A program made the translations under genes and the position numbers. From positions 420,001 to 452,000 of the forward strand of contig CAKTSY010000001.1 in assembly GCA_934613415.1 (NCBI GenBank): a stretch of 32,000 bases of DNA, written 5' to 3'. The notes beneath the pieces were generated by a model that had not been told where the DNA came from, searched no databases, and saw only the letters and a list, made by a program, of their open reading frames with translations. Numbering within the stretch: the stretch's first letter is position 1; the number at the start of each line of letters is the position of its first letter. Source of the DNA: an uncultured Opitutales bacterium. Lineage in GTDB: Bacteria > Verrucomicrobiota > Verrucomicrobiia > Opitutales > Intestinicryptomonadaceae. This document shows positions 16,149-24,527 of this stretch, in pieces.

Positions 16149-17861
16149 ATGCAAGAATTGCCCACAATTTTTCCCACTCCAAAAAAAATCGAGTTTGGCG
16201 AAGGCTACTACAAGTTGCCAGAAAACGCCATTCGCATAGACGATAGCGGTATGCCAATGGGCGACGCCGTTAAAGTTTTGCAAAACCCGAATTTTGACGA
16301 CGAAGAATACGAATTGTCGATTGGCGATTCGGGCATTGTCATTGTTGCGTGCAACAACAAAAGCGTTAAACTTGCCTTTCAAACTTTAAGACAGATTTTA
16401 ATGCAGTGCAAAGAGCTGCCGTATCTTAAAATACACGACTTTCCCGACCTGCCCGTTAGGGGCTTTATGTTGGACATAAGCCGCTGCAAAGTGCCCACTA
16501 TGGACACGCTGCTGTATTTGGTAGATATGCTTGCCCTTTTTAAATTCAACAGGCTGGAACTTTACACCGAGCATACCTTTGCATTCCGCAACCACCCTCT
16601 AGTTTGGGGCGATTCTTCGCCAATGACGCCCAAAGAATATAAAATGCTTGAAGGCCTATGCCAAAAAACCGGCATAGAGCTTGTTGCAAACATAAACAGC
16701 TTGGGGCATTTCGACAGATGGCTTAGGTACGAACCATACCAACCTTTGGCAGAAAGCAAGGCACCCTTTACCGACCCTATGGGCAATGTGCGCCCGTATC
16801 CGACCACCCTTTGCCCCGACGAAAAAGCTCTGAATTTTATAGATAGCTTGTATGCCGAATTTTTGCCGCTTTTTGCATCAGACAAAGTAAACATTGGCTG
16901 CGACGAACCGTGGGAATTGGGAATGGGCAAAAGCAAAGAAAATTGCGAAAAGCTAGGCAAATACAAGGTTTACACAAACTATTTAAACAGGCTAAACGGC
17001 CTTGTAAAAAAATACAACAAGCGCGCCTATTTTTGGGCCGACGTTCTTATGAACGACAAGCCCTCGGTAAACGACATTCCCGCCGATATGACACCCATTC
17101 TTTGGGGATACGAGGCCGACAGCCCCTTCGAAGAACAGTGCGCCTACCTTAAAAGCCTTAACCGAAACTTTTTGGTAGCCCCCGGAACAAGCTGCTGGAA
17201 CAGCTTTATATGCCGCTGGCAAAACGCCAAAGCCAATATAGAAAACGCCTGCAAAAACGCCAAAAAATACGAGGCACAGGGCGCAATTTTAACAAACTGG
17301 GGCGACAACGGCAACCATCAGGCATTTTGCGGAATGTATATGCAAATAGCTTTATTTGCCCAATGCGCTTGGAGCGACACCCCCTACTCGCAGGACGAAA
17401 TTATAGACGTTGCAAGCAAGCTTATCTTTAAAGACGAAACAAAGAATTTTGCAAGGGCAATTATAACTTTGGCAAATGCAGACCCTTGGAACAAGCAGTA
17501 TAGCCTGCACAACAAGCTTTTCTTCGGCAGTGCCGAAGAAGTAAAAAAGCTTGCCGAAGAAAATTCGTCGGCTTTGGTAAAAATTATAAGGGCTTGCGAC
17601 GACGCATTAAACCAGCTTAAAATGTCTAGACCTATGTGCGCCGATGCGCAAATTTGCTTTGCCGAAATAGGCTTGGCAATGGATATGATTAGGTGGGCGG
17701 TAAACCGCTCGGTTTCTGACAAAAAAACCGAAACTACGCCGCAACAAATAGGGCTAAAACTTATAATTGGCAGGTTCGAGCAGGTGTGGCTTGCGCGTGC
17801 AAGGGTTGGCGGCCTATACGAAGCTTCTACAAGAATAAGAAACATTAAAAAACTTGCCTAA
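16149..17861 (+). CDS. Glycoside hydrolase family 20-like protein (beta-N-acetylhexosaminidase-like), no signal peptide
   Basis: 570 aa. An N-terminal GH20b-like module (IFPTPKKIEFGEGYYKL) is followed by FPDLPVRGFMLDISRCKVP (the GH20 R-G-x-x-L-D-x-S-R motif) and VNIGCDEPWELG (the candidate catalytic D-E pair). It starts 18 nt after the DUF1015 stop. Confidence 0.78.
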   Translation: MQELPTIFPTPKKIEFGEGYYKLPENAIRIDDSGMPMGDAVKVLQNPNFDDEEYELSIGDSGIVIVACNNKSVKLAFQTLRQILMQCKELPYLKIHDFPDLPVRGFMLDISRCKVPTMDTLLYLVDMLALFKFNRLELYTEHTFAFRNHPLVWGDSSPMTPKEYKMLEGLCQKTGIELVANINSLGHFDRWLRYEPYQPLAESKAPFTDPMGNVRPYPTTLCPDEKALNFIDSLYAEFLPLFASDKVNIGCDEPWELGMGKSKENCEKLGKYKVYTNYLNRLNGLVKKYNKRAYFWADVLMNDKPSVNDIPADMTPILWGYEADSPFEEQCAYLKSLNRNFLVAPGTSCWNSFICRWQNAKANIENACKNAKKYEAQGAILTNWGDNGNHQAFCGMYMQIALFAQCAWSDTPYSQDEIIDVASKLIFKDETKNFARAIITLANADPWNKQYSLHNKLFFGSAEEVKKLAEENSSALVKIIRACDDALNQLKMSRPMCADAQICFAEIGLAMDMIRWAVNRSVSDKKTETTPQQIGLKLIIGRFEQVWLARARVGGLYEASTRIRNIKKLA

Positions 17862-17889
17862 AGCCCTTTAATTTTAAGCAAAACAAAAA

Positions 17890-17922
17890 CACCCAAAGCG
17901 GCAAAACTTCGGGTGTTTTTTT
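17890..17922 (+). terminator. Rho-independent terminator after the GH20-like gene
   Basis: CACCCAAAG (17890-17898) pairs with CTTCGGGTG (17907-17915) with one mismatch. A T7 run follows at 17916-17922. Confidence 0.6.
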
Positions 17923-17926
17923 GCAT

Positions 17927-17954
17927 AAAAAAAGCTCCGCAAACGGAGCTTTTT
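17927..17954 (-). terminator. Rho-independent terminator after the nucleoside phosphorylase gene
   Basis: AAAGCTCCG (17931-17939) pairs with CGGAGCTTT (17944-17953) around loop CAAA. A-runs and T-runs lie on both sides. Confidence 0.6.
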
Positions 17955-17975
17955 ATTATGTTTTTTGCAAATATG

Positions 17976-19319
17976 CTAGGCTACGCGCTCTACAATTATT
18001 TGCGGCGGGTTTGGCCTGCGCGGAGCCAAGCGGTATGCGCTACGGAAATACTCCATTGCAGAATCCAAATTCGACTCGTCGTTATAGTGAATTTGCAACA
18101 AAGGCTCGCCCTGCTTTACCTGCGTGCCAATCTTTTTGATTTCGGTTACACCCACAAACGGATCTGGCTTAGAACCGGGTTTGCCGTCGGAAAGAATCTT
18201 TACGCCCCTTGCAATCTGGCCTGCATTTATGTTGTGAACATAGCCGCGCTTTTGGGCGGCAAGCTTTCTTACATGCTTGGGCATCGGGTATTTAGAAGTG
18301 TCTGTAAGCCACGGAGCCGAACCCCCTTGCGCCTTAATCATTTCCAAAAACTTTTTATAGGCTAAGCCCTCGTTTAAAGCTCTTTCTACCGACTGCTTTG
18401 CCGACAAGTTAGAACCCGCAACACCGGCTAGGCGCACAATTTCCATACCAAGCTTTAAAACAAGCTCTTTCATATCTTCAGACGCGCTTTCGCCCTTAAG
18501 GAACTTTACGGCTTCTAAAACTTCAAGGCCAAGGCCAACCGAGTCTCCCAAAGGCTGGTTCATATCGGTAACAAGGGCAACGCAGCGGCGTTTCATAACC
18601 TTGCTTACCCTTGTTATGTAGCGGGCAAGCTGTTTTGCCTGTTCAAGATCTCTAATAAACGAGCCGTTGCCCCATTTTACGTCTACAACCAAGCCCTCGG
18701 CGCCCGCGGCAAACTTTTTGCTTAAAACGCTTATTGCAATAAGCGGCAAACTCGGGATTGTTGCGGTATTGTGGCGCATATTGTACAAAATTGCGTCGGC
18801 GGGCGAAATCTTTTCGTCGTGCGAAACAATGGCAGTTCCCACAGTAGAAAGCTGTTTTACAAAGGCGTCTAGCGAAAGCTTTGTTTTTATGCCGCCTATA
18901 GACGAAAGCTTGTCGGGCATAGACAAAATAAAGTCTTCGTCTTGGCTGCACATAGATGGCATTACAACGCCGCAAGCTGCCGACATTGCCGAAAGTATCA
19001 TTGTAGTTTTGTCGCCCACGCCGCCTGTAGAATATTTTGCAACTTTCGGTCTTGTAATGTTTTCAAGCTCCAAAACCTCGCCCGTAAGGCGCATTTCTTC
19101 GGCAAAGCAAGCGGTTTCCTGCGCCGACATATCCTTAAAGTACACAGCCATTATAAGTGCGGCAAGTTGGTAGTCGGGTATTTCACCGTCTAATATGGCG
19201 TCGACTATAATGCGAACTTCCTCTTCGGTAAATTCGTTTCCGTCGCGTTTTTTCTCGATTAAATATGCGAAAGACGGTTTTGACGCTGCTCTGGTACTCA
19301 TTTTCTTAATAACTGCCAT
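17976..19319 (-). CDS. deoA: Thymidine phosphorylase / pyrimidine-nucleoside phosphorylase
   Basis: The track ORF extends to 19418. Family similarity begins at FAYLIEKKRDGNEFTEEEVRIIVDAILDGEIPDYQLAALIMAVYFKDMS, so the start is probably the ATG at 19319 (MAVIKK) or 19301 (MSTRAA). TGGVGDKTT and a full-length TP/PyNP fold follow. Sequence alone cannot separate DeoA from Pdp specificity. Confidence 0.88.
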   Translation of the reverse strand: MAVIKKMSTRAASKPSFAYLIEKKRDGNEFTEEEVRIIVDAILDGEIPDYQLAALIMAVYFKDMSAQETACFAEEMRLTGEVLELENITRPKVAKYSTGGVGDKTTMILSAMSAACGVVMPSMCSQDEDFILSMPDKLSSIGGIKTKLSLDAFVKQLSTVGTAIVSHDEKISPADAILYNMRHNTATIPSLPLIAISVLSKKFAAGAEGLVVDVKWGNGSFIRDLEQAKQLARYITRVSKVMKRRCVALVTDMNQPLGDSVGLGLEVLEAVKFLKGESASEDMKELVLKLGMEIVRLAGVAGSNLSAKQSVERALNEGLAYKKFLEMIKAQGGSAPWLTDTSKYPMPKHVRKLAAQKRGYVHNINAGQIARGVKILSDGKPGSKPDPFVGVTEIKKIGTQVKQGEPLLQIHYNDESNLDSAMEYFRSAYRLAPRRPNPPQIIVERVA

Positions 19320-19554
19320 AGGACAAGTTTTGGACTTTTTTATATTGATTGGTTTTAACTTGAATATATGTGCCCCATTTTCAGGGGTATAATATACTCG
19401 TCTATTATATAAGAACACATAAAAGACGTCTTGTCGAGCAAAAAAATTTTTTAGGGAATAATTTATTTAAAATTAGCAAATTACACAAAAACAGCCCCAA
19501 AAGTCAAAAATATGCTTGTCGTTACAAAAATTTTATAAATCATATATAGCGTTA

Positions 19555-19791
19555 ATGGCATCTAAACAGAAAAATTTGGAAACTACTTCTTTTGAAGACG
19601 CAATGGCGTCTCTCGAAGAAATTCTCGAAAAGCTCGAATCGTCGGAACTTAAGCTCGACGAGCTTGTTTCGGACTATTCCCTAGCCAAAAAGTATCTGGC
19701 AATTTGCAAAAAAAGGCTGGAAGACGCCGAGCTAAAAATATCCAAGATTAGCGAAGATTCCAGCAGCGAAGAATTTATAGAAAAAGAATAG
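19555..19791 (+). CDS. xseB: Exodeoxyribonuclease VII small subunit
   Basis: The track ORF starts at a TTG (19516). The ATG at 19555 gives a 78-aa protein, MASKQKNLETTSFEDAMASLEEILEKLESSELKLDELVSDYSLAKKYLAICKKRLEDAELKI, with typical XseB length and helical-hairpin sequence. It sits directly upstream of dxs, as in many bacteria. Confidence 0.85.
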   Translation: MASKQKNLETTSFEDAMASLEEILEKLESSELKLDELVSDYSLAKKYLAICKKRLEDAELKISKISEDSSSEEFIEKE

Positions 19792-19793
19792 TT

Positions 19794-21704
19794 ATGTCTC
19801 TTTTGGAAAATATTAAAGGCCCCGACGATGTAAAACAATTAAAGCCCGAACAGCTTCCCGAATTGGCAAAAGAAATCAGGGAGGAAATAATTTCGGTAAC
19901 GTCGAAAAACGGCGGCCACGTTGGGCCAAACTTGGGCGTTGTAGAACTTTCTATTGCCCTGCACAGGGTTTTTAACACCCCAAAAGACAAAATTATCTTC
20001 GATGTTTCGCACCAGTGCTACACGCATAAGTTGTTGACGGGCAGAAACGGCGACAAATTTAAAAACATACGCAAAACGGGCGGCTTGGCCGGCTTTTGCA
20101 ACATATTCGAAAGCGACCACGATGCCTTCGGCGCGGGGCACGCGGGCACTGCAATTTCGGCCGCTTTGGGCTTGGCTGCGGCGCGCGACAAACAGGGCGG
20201 CAACGAAAATGTTGTGGCCGTTGTAGGCGACGGCGTAATGACCTGCGGCATTACATTTGAAGCTTTAAACAATGTTTCCACCACAACCAAAAGGCTTATA
20301 ATTGTCTTAAACGACAACGAAATGTCTATAGCCAAAAATGTGGGAGCAATTGCCTCTTACCTAAACGAGCTTATAACAAACCCGCTCTACAACAGGGTGC
20401 ATAAAAATACGGAATCTTTCCTAAAAAAAGTTCCGGGCAGCGAAGTGCTAAAAAAGCTTGCCTACAAGGCTATGCGCGAAGCTAAAGACTTTTTTATACC
20501 CTCTTCTATGTTCGAAAACTTGGGGTTGCGCTATTTGGGCCCCATAGACGGCCATAACATTGCCCAGCTAGAGCAGTATCTTAACTTTTGCAAGATAAGC
20601 GACGAACCCATTCTTTTGCACATTATAACCAAAAAGGGAATGGGATTGGAATGCGCAATGAAAAACCCCGAAAAGTTCCACGGGGCTTCCCCATACGACA
20701 GGTTTACCGGTGAAGGCACGGAATTTAGCAACCCCGACATTCCAACTTACCAAGACGCAATGGGCAAAACCCTGCTAAAAATTGCCCAAAAAGACAAAAA
20801 GGTTGTTGGCATTACAGCAGCAATGCCGTCGGGCACGGGGCTTTCGCATTTAAGGAAGAATTTGCCCGAACAGTTCTACGATGTTGGCATTGCCGAAGAA
20901 CACGCCGCCATTTTTGCGGCTGGCTTGGCAAGGGGCGGCTTAAAGCCGGTTGCCGCAATTTATTCTAGCTTTATGCAAAGGGCTTTCGACTGCGCAATGC
21001 ACGATGTTTGCCTGCAAAAATTGCCGGTTGTTTTTTGTATGGACAGAGCCGGCTTAAGCCCGCAAGACGGTGCAACCCACCACGGCATATTCGACATAGC
21101 ATTTTTAAGGTGTCTGCCCAATGCAATTTTAATGTCGCCTTCAAATGAAGACGAGCTTGCAGATATGCTTTACACTGCAATAGAATCGGGCAAGCCCTGC
21201 TTTTTAAGGTATCCAAGAGGCAAAGCCGAGGGCGTAAAGATGAAAGACGCCCCCGAAAAAATCGAAATAGGCAAAGCCGTTCCCGTTAAGGGCGAAGCTT
21301 CCTGCGACATTGCAATTTGGGCAATAGGCAATATGGTAAAAGAAGCAGTTGCAATTGCAAACGCACTTGAAAAGGAAAAGTCTATTAAAGTTAGCGTTGT
21401 AAACGCGCGCTTTTCGAAACCGCTAGACGAAGCCCTTTTGGAGCAATATGCCGAAAACACAAAGCTTTTGGTTACAATGGAAGACCATTCCGCCGAGGGC
21501 GGCTTTGGCAGTACCGTTTTAGAGACTTTAGAGCAAAAGAATATTTTAAAGCCCGTAGAGATAATCGGCTGGCCCGACAGGTTTGTTCCCCACGGCAGCA
21601 ATGTTGCCGATATACGCAAGTCGCAGGGGCTAGACAATGAATCCATTAAAAACCGCATTTTTACAAGGTTTGAAAAGACAAAGAAAAAGTGGCTTTTCTT
21701 TTAA
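19794..21704 (+). CDS. dxs: 1-deoxy-D-xylulose-5-phosphate synthase
   Basis: 636 aa. GGHVGPNLGVVELSIALHRVFNTPKDKIIFDVSHQCYTHKLLTGR, the GDG...NDN thiamine-diphosphate motif (VVGDGVMTCG...LNDNEMSI) and full-length DXS similarity. Confidence 0.97.
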   Translation: MSLLENIKGPDDVKQLKPEQLPELAKEIREEIISVTSKNGGHVGPNLGVVELSIALHRVFNTPKDKIIFDVSHQCYTHKLLTGRNGDKFKNIRKTGGLAGFCNIFESDHDAFGAGHAGTAISAALGLAAARDKQGGNENVVAVVGDGVMTCGITFEALNNVSTTTKRLIIVLNDNEMSIAKNVGAIASYLNELITNPLYNRVHKNTESFLKKVPGSEVLKKLAYKAMREAKDFFIPSSMFENLGLRYLGPIDGHNIAQLEQYLNFCKISDEPILLHIITKKGMGLECAMKNPEKFHGASPYDRFTGEGTEFSNPDIPTYQDAMGKTLLKIAQKDKKVVGITAAMPSGTGLSHLRKNLPEQFYDVGIAEEHAAIFAAGLARGGLKPVAAIYSSFMQRAFDCAMHDVCLQKLPVVFCMDRAGLSPQDGATHHGIFDIAFLRCLPNAILMSPSNEDELADMLYTAIESGKPCFLRYPRGKAEGVKMKDAPEKIEIGKAVPVKGEASCDIAIWAIGNMVKEAVAIANALEKEKSIKVSVVNARFSKPLDEALLEQYAENTKLLVTMEDHSAEGGFGSTVLETLEQKNILKPVEIIGWPDRFVPHGSNVADIRKSQGLDNESIKNRIFTRFEKTKKKWLFF

Positions 21705-21734
21705 CCTTTTAACGGAAAATTTTTAAATAAAAAT

Positions 21735-21767
21735 GCGGTCTGCAAAGCTTTTGCGGCCGCGTTTTTT
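21735..21767 (+). terminator. Rho-independent terminator after dxs
   Basis: GCGG(T)CTGCAAA (21735-21746) pairs with TTTGCGGCCGC (21750-21760) with one bulge, followed by T6 at 21762-21767. Confidence 0.55.
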
Positions 21768-21888
21768 ATACGTGCATTTTTAGGGTAACCGCAAAGCCCT
21801 ATCTTTTAAATTATCTAAAAAAACGGCACCTGCATTATAAAAAAACTCCCCTGCCCCAAAGTGCCCATTGTTAAAATCTGCATTGCAC

Positions 21889-21916
21889 AAAAAAAACGGA
21901 GGTAAAAAAACCTCCG
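21889..21916 (-). terminator. Rho-independent terminator after the GH92 gene
   Basis: CGGAGGT (21897-21903) pairs with ACCTCCG (21910-21916). The plus-strand A8 run at 21889-21896 gives a T-run on the minus-strand transcript. Confidence 0.6.
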
Positions 21917-21943
21917 TTTAAATTTTGCAAATACCCAAGCTTA

Positions 21944-24292
21944 TTATTGGCGATAGGGAATTTTTATTGAGCTATCGAAGCAGTCCTTTACGGGCTTGTC
22001 GCTCATTTCAAACACAAGCTCGCCGCCCGCCATAATTTCGGAATGTGTAATATAGGGGCGTTTAATTCTCTTGCCGTTTAAGCTTACGCTCTTTACATAA
22101 ACGTTTTTGGGCGACTGGTTAATTGCCTTAACCTTAAATGTTTTGCCGCTTTCGAGGTTTATGCAGGCCTCTTCAACCGCGGGCGAACCCAAAACATATA
22201 TTCCGCCGCAGGGGTTGAACGAGTAAAAGCCCATTGCGCTTAAAACATACCATGCGCTCATTTGGCCGCAGTCGTCGTTGCCGCAAATGCCTTCGGGCTT
22301 GTTGGTGTAAAATTCGCGCATAATGCGGCGAACCATTTCCTGAGTTTTCCACGGAGCGTTTGCAAACATATAGAAATATGCAGTATGGTGGCTCGGTTCG
22401 TTGCCGTGTGCATATTCGCCAATCGGGCCGCTTACATCGAGCACCGAAAAGTCGGTACGTTCGGTTGTAAAGAGTTTGTCGAGCTCTTCAACAAACTTTT
22501 CGGGCTTGCCTTTGCCAATCATATTAACCAATTCGTAGGGAGCTTGGGGGGCAAACCAACGCCAGTGCCAGCCGTTGCCTTCGGTGTAGTCTCTGTCGGA
22601 GGGGTCTTTCTTGCTCTTGCGTCTGTCCGAAATTTGGGGATCGAAAGGTTCTCTAAACTTGCCGTCGCTAAACCTTGCGCGCATAAAGCCCGTTTCGGGT
22701 TCGAAGTGGTTTTTAAAGTTTTGACCGCGCTTTGCAAATTCTTCGGCAACGGTTTTGTCGCCCAATTTTTGCGCCATATAGGCTATGCACGAGTCGGCAT
22801 AGGAATATTCCAACGCGCTGGAAACGCCTTCGTGGCTTAAGTCGTGGGGAATGTAGCCGTATTTTTTATAGTAGCCCAAAGCCTTCCACGAATCCTGATT
22901 TGCGGTGGAAACGCAAGCCGCCAAAAGGTCTTTTTCGCTTACGTTCTTGGGCATTAAGCCTTTGCTCCATGCGTCTATTACAACGGGAACGCTGTTGTAG
23001 CCAACCATGCAGAACGTGTCGTTTTGCGGCAGTGTCCAAATGGGAAGCATTTTGTAGGGGCTTTGTTCGAAGTGCGCCATCATGCTGGCAACAAAGTCTT
23101 TTGTGCGTTCGGTTTCTATTATGGTCATTAAGGGGTGAAGAGCCCTAAATGTATCCCACAACGAAAATACGGTGTAGTTTTTAAAGCCCTTGGCTGTGTG
23201 CACGGCGTGGTCGTAGCCTCTATATTCGCCGTTTACGTCTTCGTTAAGCTGGGGGGCAATTGTTGCGTGGTAAAGGGCAGTTTTAAACACTGTTGTTGTG
23301 TCTTTGTCGGCCTTAACCGAGATTTTCGAAATTTGCTTGTCCCAAGCGGCCTTCGAATCGGCAACAACATTGTCGAAATTCCAGTCGGGCAATTCCGCCT
23401 TAATATTTTGTAAAGCATTCGCATACGACACGGTTGAAATGCCAACCTTTACCAAAAGCTGACCGCCGTTTTTCATATCAAAATCGAATGCGCCCTTAAT
23501 GTCTTTGCCGTCTACATGGCGGGCGGCAGGCTTAAACTTTTCGCCGGGGAAAAAGTAGCGCGGGCGGTTGTTTTCGTAGAACTGGAAAGACGAAAACGGC
23601 TTGGAAAACTGTATTGCAAAATAGATTTCCCTATTCGGGCCCCAATTTTTTACAATGCGAGACCCCGCAACGGTGTTGTCGTCTATAATTCTGGCGCTTG
23701 CCATCATAACGCCGTTTGCCCTGCCTATAAGGTGGGTTAAATCAAGCAAAACTCTAGATTGTTCGCTTTTGGGGAATGTAAAGCGGTAAAAACCCGCCCT
23801 TTCCGTAGAGGTAACTTCGGCTTTAATGTTATAGTCTTTAAGCATAACCGAATAGTAGCCCGCCTGAGCTGTTTCTTCGGCATGCGAAAAACGGCTACGA
23901 TAGCCAGAATCGGGATTTTTTGCATCGCCCGCATTAAGCTTTAAAGCACCTGTTGTAGGCATAATCAAAATATCGCCCAAGTCGGGGCAGCCCGTGCCGC
24001 TTAAGTGGGTTTGCGAAAAGCCCATAATTGAATCTACCGAGTAGTGGTAGCCCGAGCACCAGTCCCAGCCGTAGCGACCGTTGTCGGGGCTTGCCTGAAC
24101 TGCCGAAAACGGACGCGTTGCCCCCGGATATGTATGACCGTGGTCGGCGGTGCCAATCATCGGATTTACCATTGCGCTTGCGCCTTTAACGCACTCGCTT
24201 TTATTATTCTGAGCGTCTACACTTGAACAGGCTGCAAAGAAAGCCGAACAAGCCAAAGTGGCGGTAATCGCCAATAATTTTGTCTCTCTCAT
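21944..24292 (-). CDS. Glycoside hydrolase family 92 alpha-mannosidase, probable lipoprotein
   Basis: 782 aa with signal/lipobox MRETKLLAITATLACSAFFAAC. GH92 blocks are NPMIGTADHGHTYPGATRPF, SQTHLSGTGCPDLGD, GNEPSHHTAYFYMF and CGNDDCGQMSAWYV. Confidence 0.92.
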   Translation of the reverse strand: MRETKLLAITATLACSAFFAACSSVDAQNNKSECVKGASAMVNPMIGTADHGHTYPGATRPFSAVQASPDNGRYGWDWCSGYHYSVDSIMGFSQTHLSGTGCPDLGDILIMPTTGALKLNAGDAKNPDSGYRSRFSHAEETAQAGYYSVMLKDYNIKAEVTSTERAGFYRFTFPKSEQSRVLLDLTHLIGRANGVMMASARIIDDNTVAGSRIVKNWGPNREIYFAIQFSKPFSSFQFYENNRPRYFFPGEKFKPAARHVDGKDIKGAFDFDMKNGGQLLVKVGISTVSYANALQNIKAELPDWNFDNVVADSKAAWDKQISKISVKADKDTTTVFKTALYHATIAPQLNEDVNGEYRGYDHAVHTAKGFKNYTVFSLWDTFRALHPLMTIIETERTKDFVASMMAHFEQSPYKMLPIWTLPQNDTFCMVGYNSVPVVIDAWSKGLMPKNVSEKDLLAACVSTANQDSWKALGYYKKYGYIPHDLSHEGVSSALEYSYADSCIAYMAQKLGDKTVAEEFAKRGQNFKNHFEPETGFMRARFSDGKFREPFDPQISDRRKSKKDPSDRDYTEGNGWHWRWFAPQAPYELVNMIGKGKPEKFVEELDKLFTTERTDFSVLDVSGPIGEYAHGNEPSHHTAYFYMFANAPWKTQEMVRRIMREFYTNKPEGICGNDDCGQMSAWYVLSAMGFYSFNPCGGIYVLGSPAVEEACINLESGKTFKVKAINQSPKNVYVKSVSLNGKRIKRPYITHSEIMAGGELVFEMSDKPVKDCFDSSIKIPYRQ

Positions 24293-24339
24293 ATATGTTG
24301 GTGTTTTGTTAAATAAAAAGTTGTCTAAAACGAAACTTC

Positions 24340-24368
24340 ACTATGCCCATAAATAAAATATCTGTCAA
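24340..24368 (-). promoter_or_regulatory. Candidate promoter for the GH92 gene: TTGACA-N17-CATAGT (minus strand)
   Basis: The complement of 24363-24368 is TTGACA and the complement of 24340-24345 is CATAGT. This gives a leader of about 40 nt. Pattern match only. Confidence 0.3.
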
Positions 24369-24468
24369 TCTAAAGCGCAAAAAAAATGCCCGTAAATGCT
24401 TTAACTATGCCGATTGCACGGCATTTTTGTTTTCGGCATAAAGGAATTTTACGCCGTATAATATATTA

Positions 24469-24501
24469 TAAAAAAGGCCCGCACAAAAAACTGTGCGAGC
24501 C
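24469..24501 (-). terminator. Rho-independent terminator after the FadL-family gene
   Basis: GGCCCGCAC (24476-24484) pairs with GTGCGAGCC (24493-24501) with one mismatch. The plus-strand A-run at 24470-24475 gives a T-run on the transcript. Confidence 0.6.
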
Positions 24502-24527
24502 ATAAAAAAATTAAATACGCCTTTTAA

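Noticed and set aside
21753-21760. GCGGCCGC (NotI-type) palindrome downstream of dxs
   Set aside because: It is part of the 3' arm of the dxs terminator stem, so it is not an independent element.
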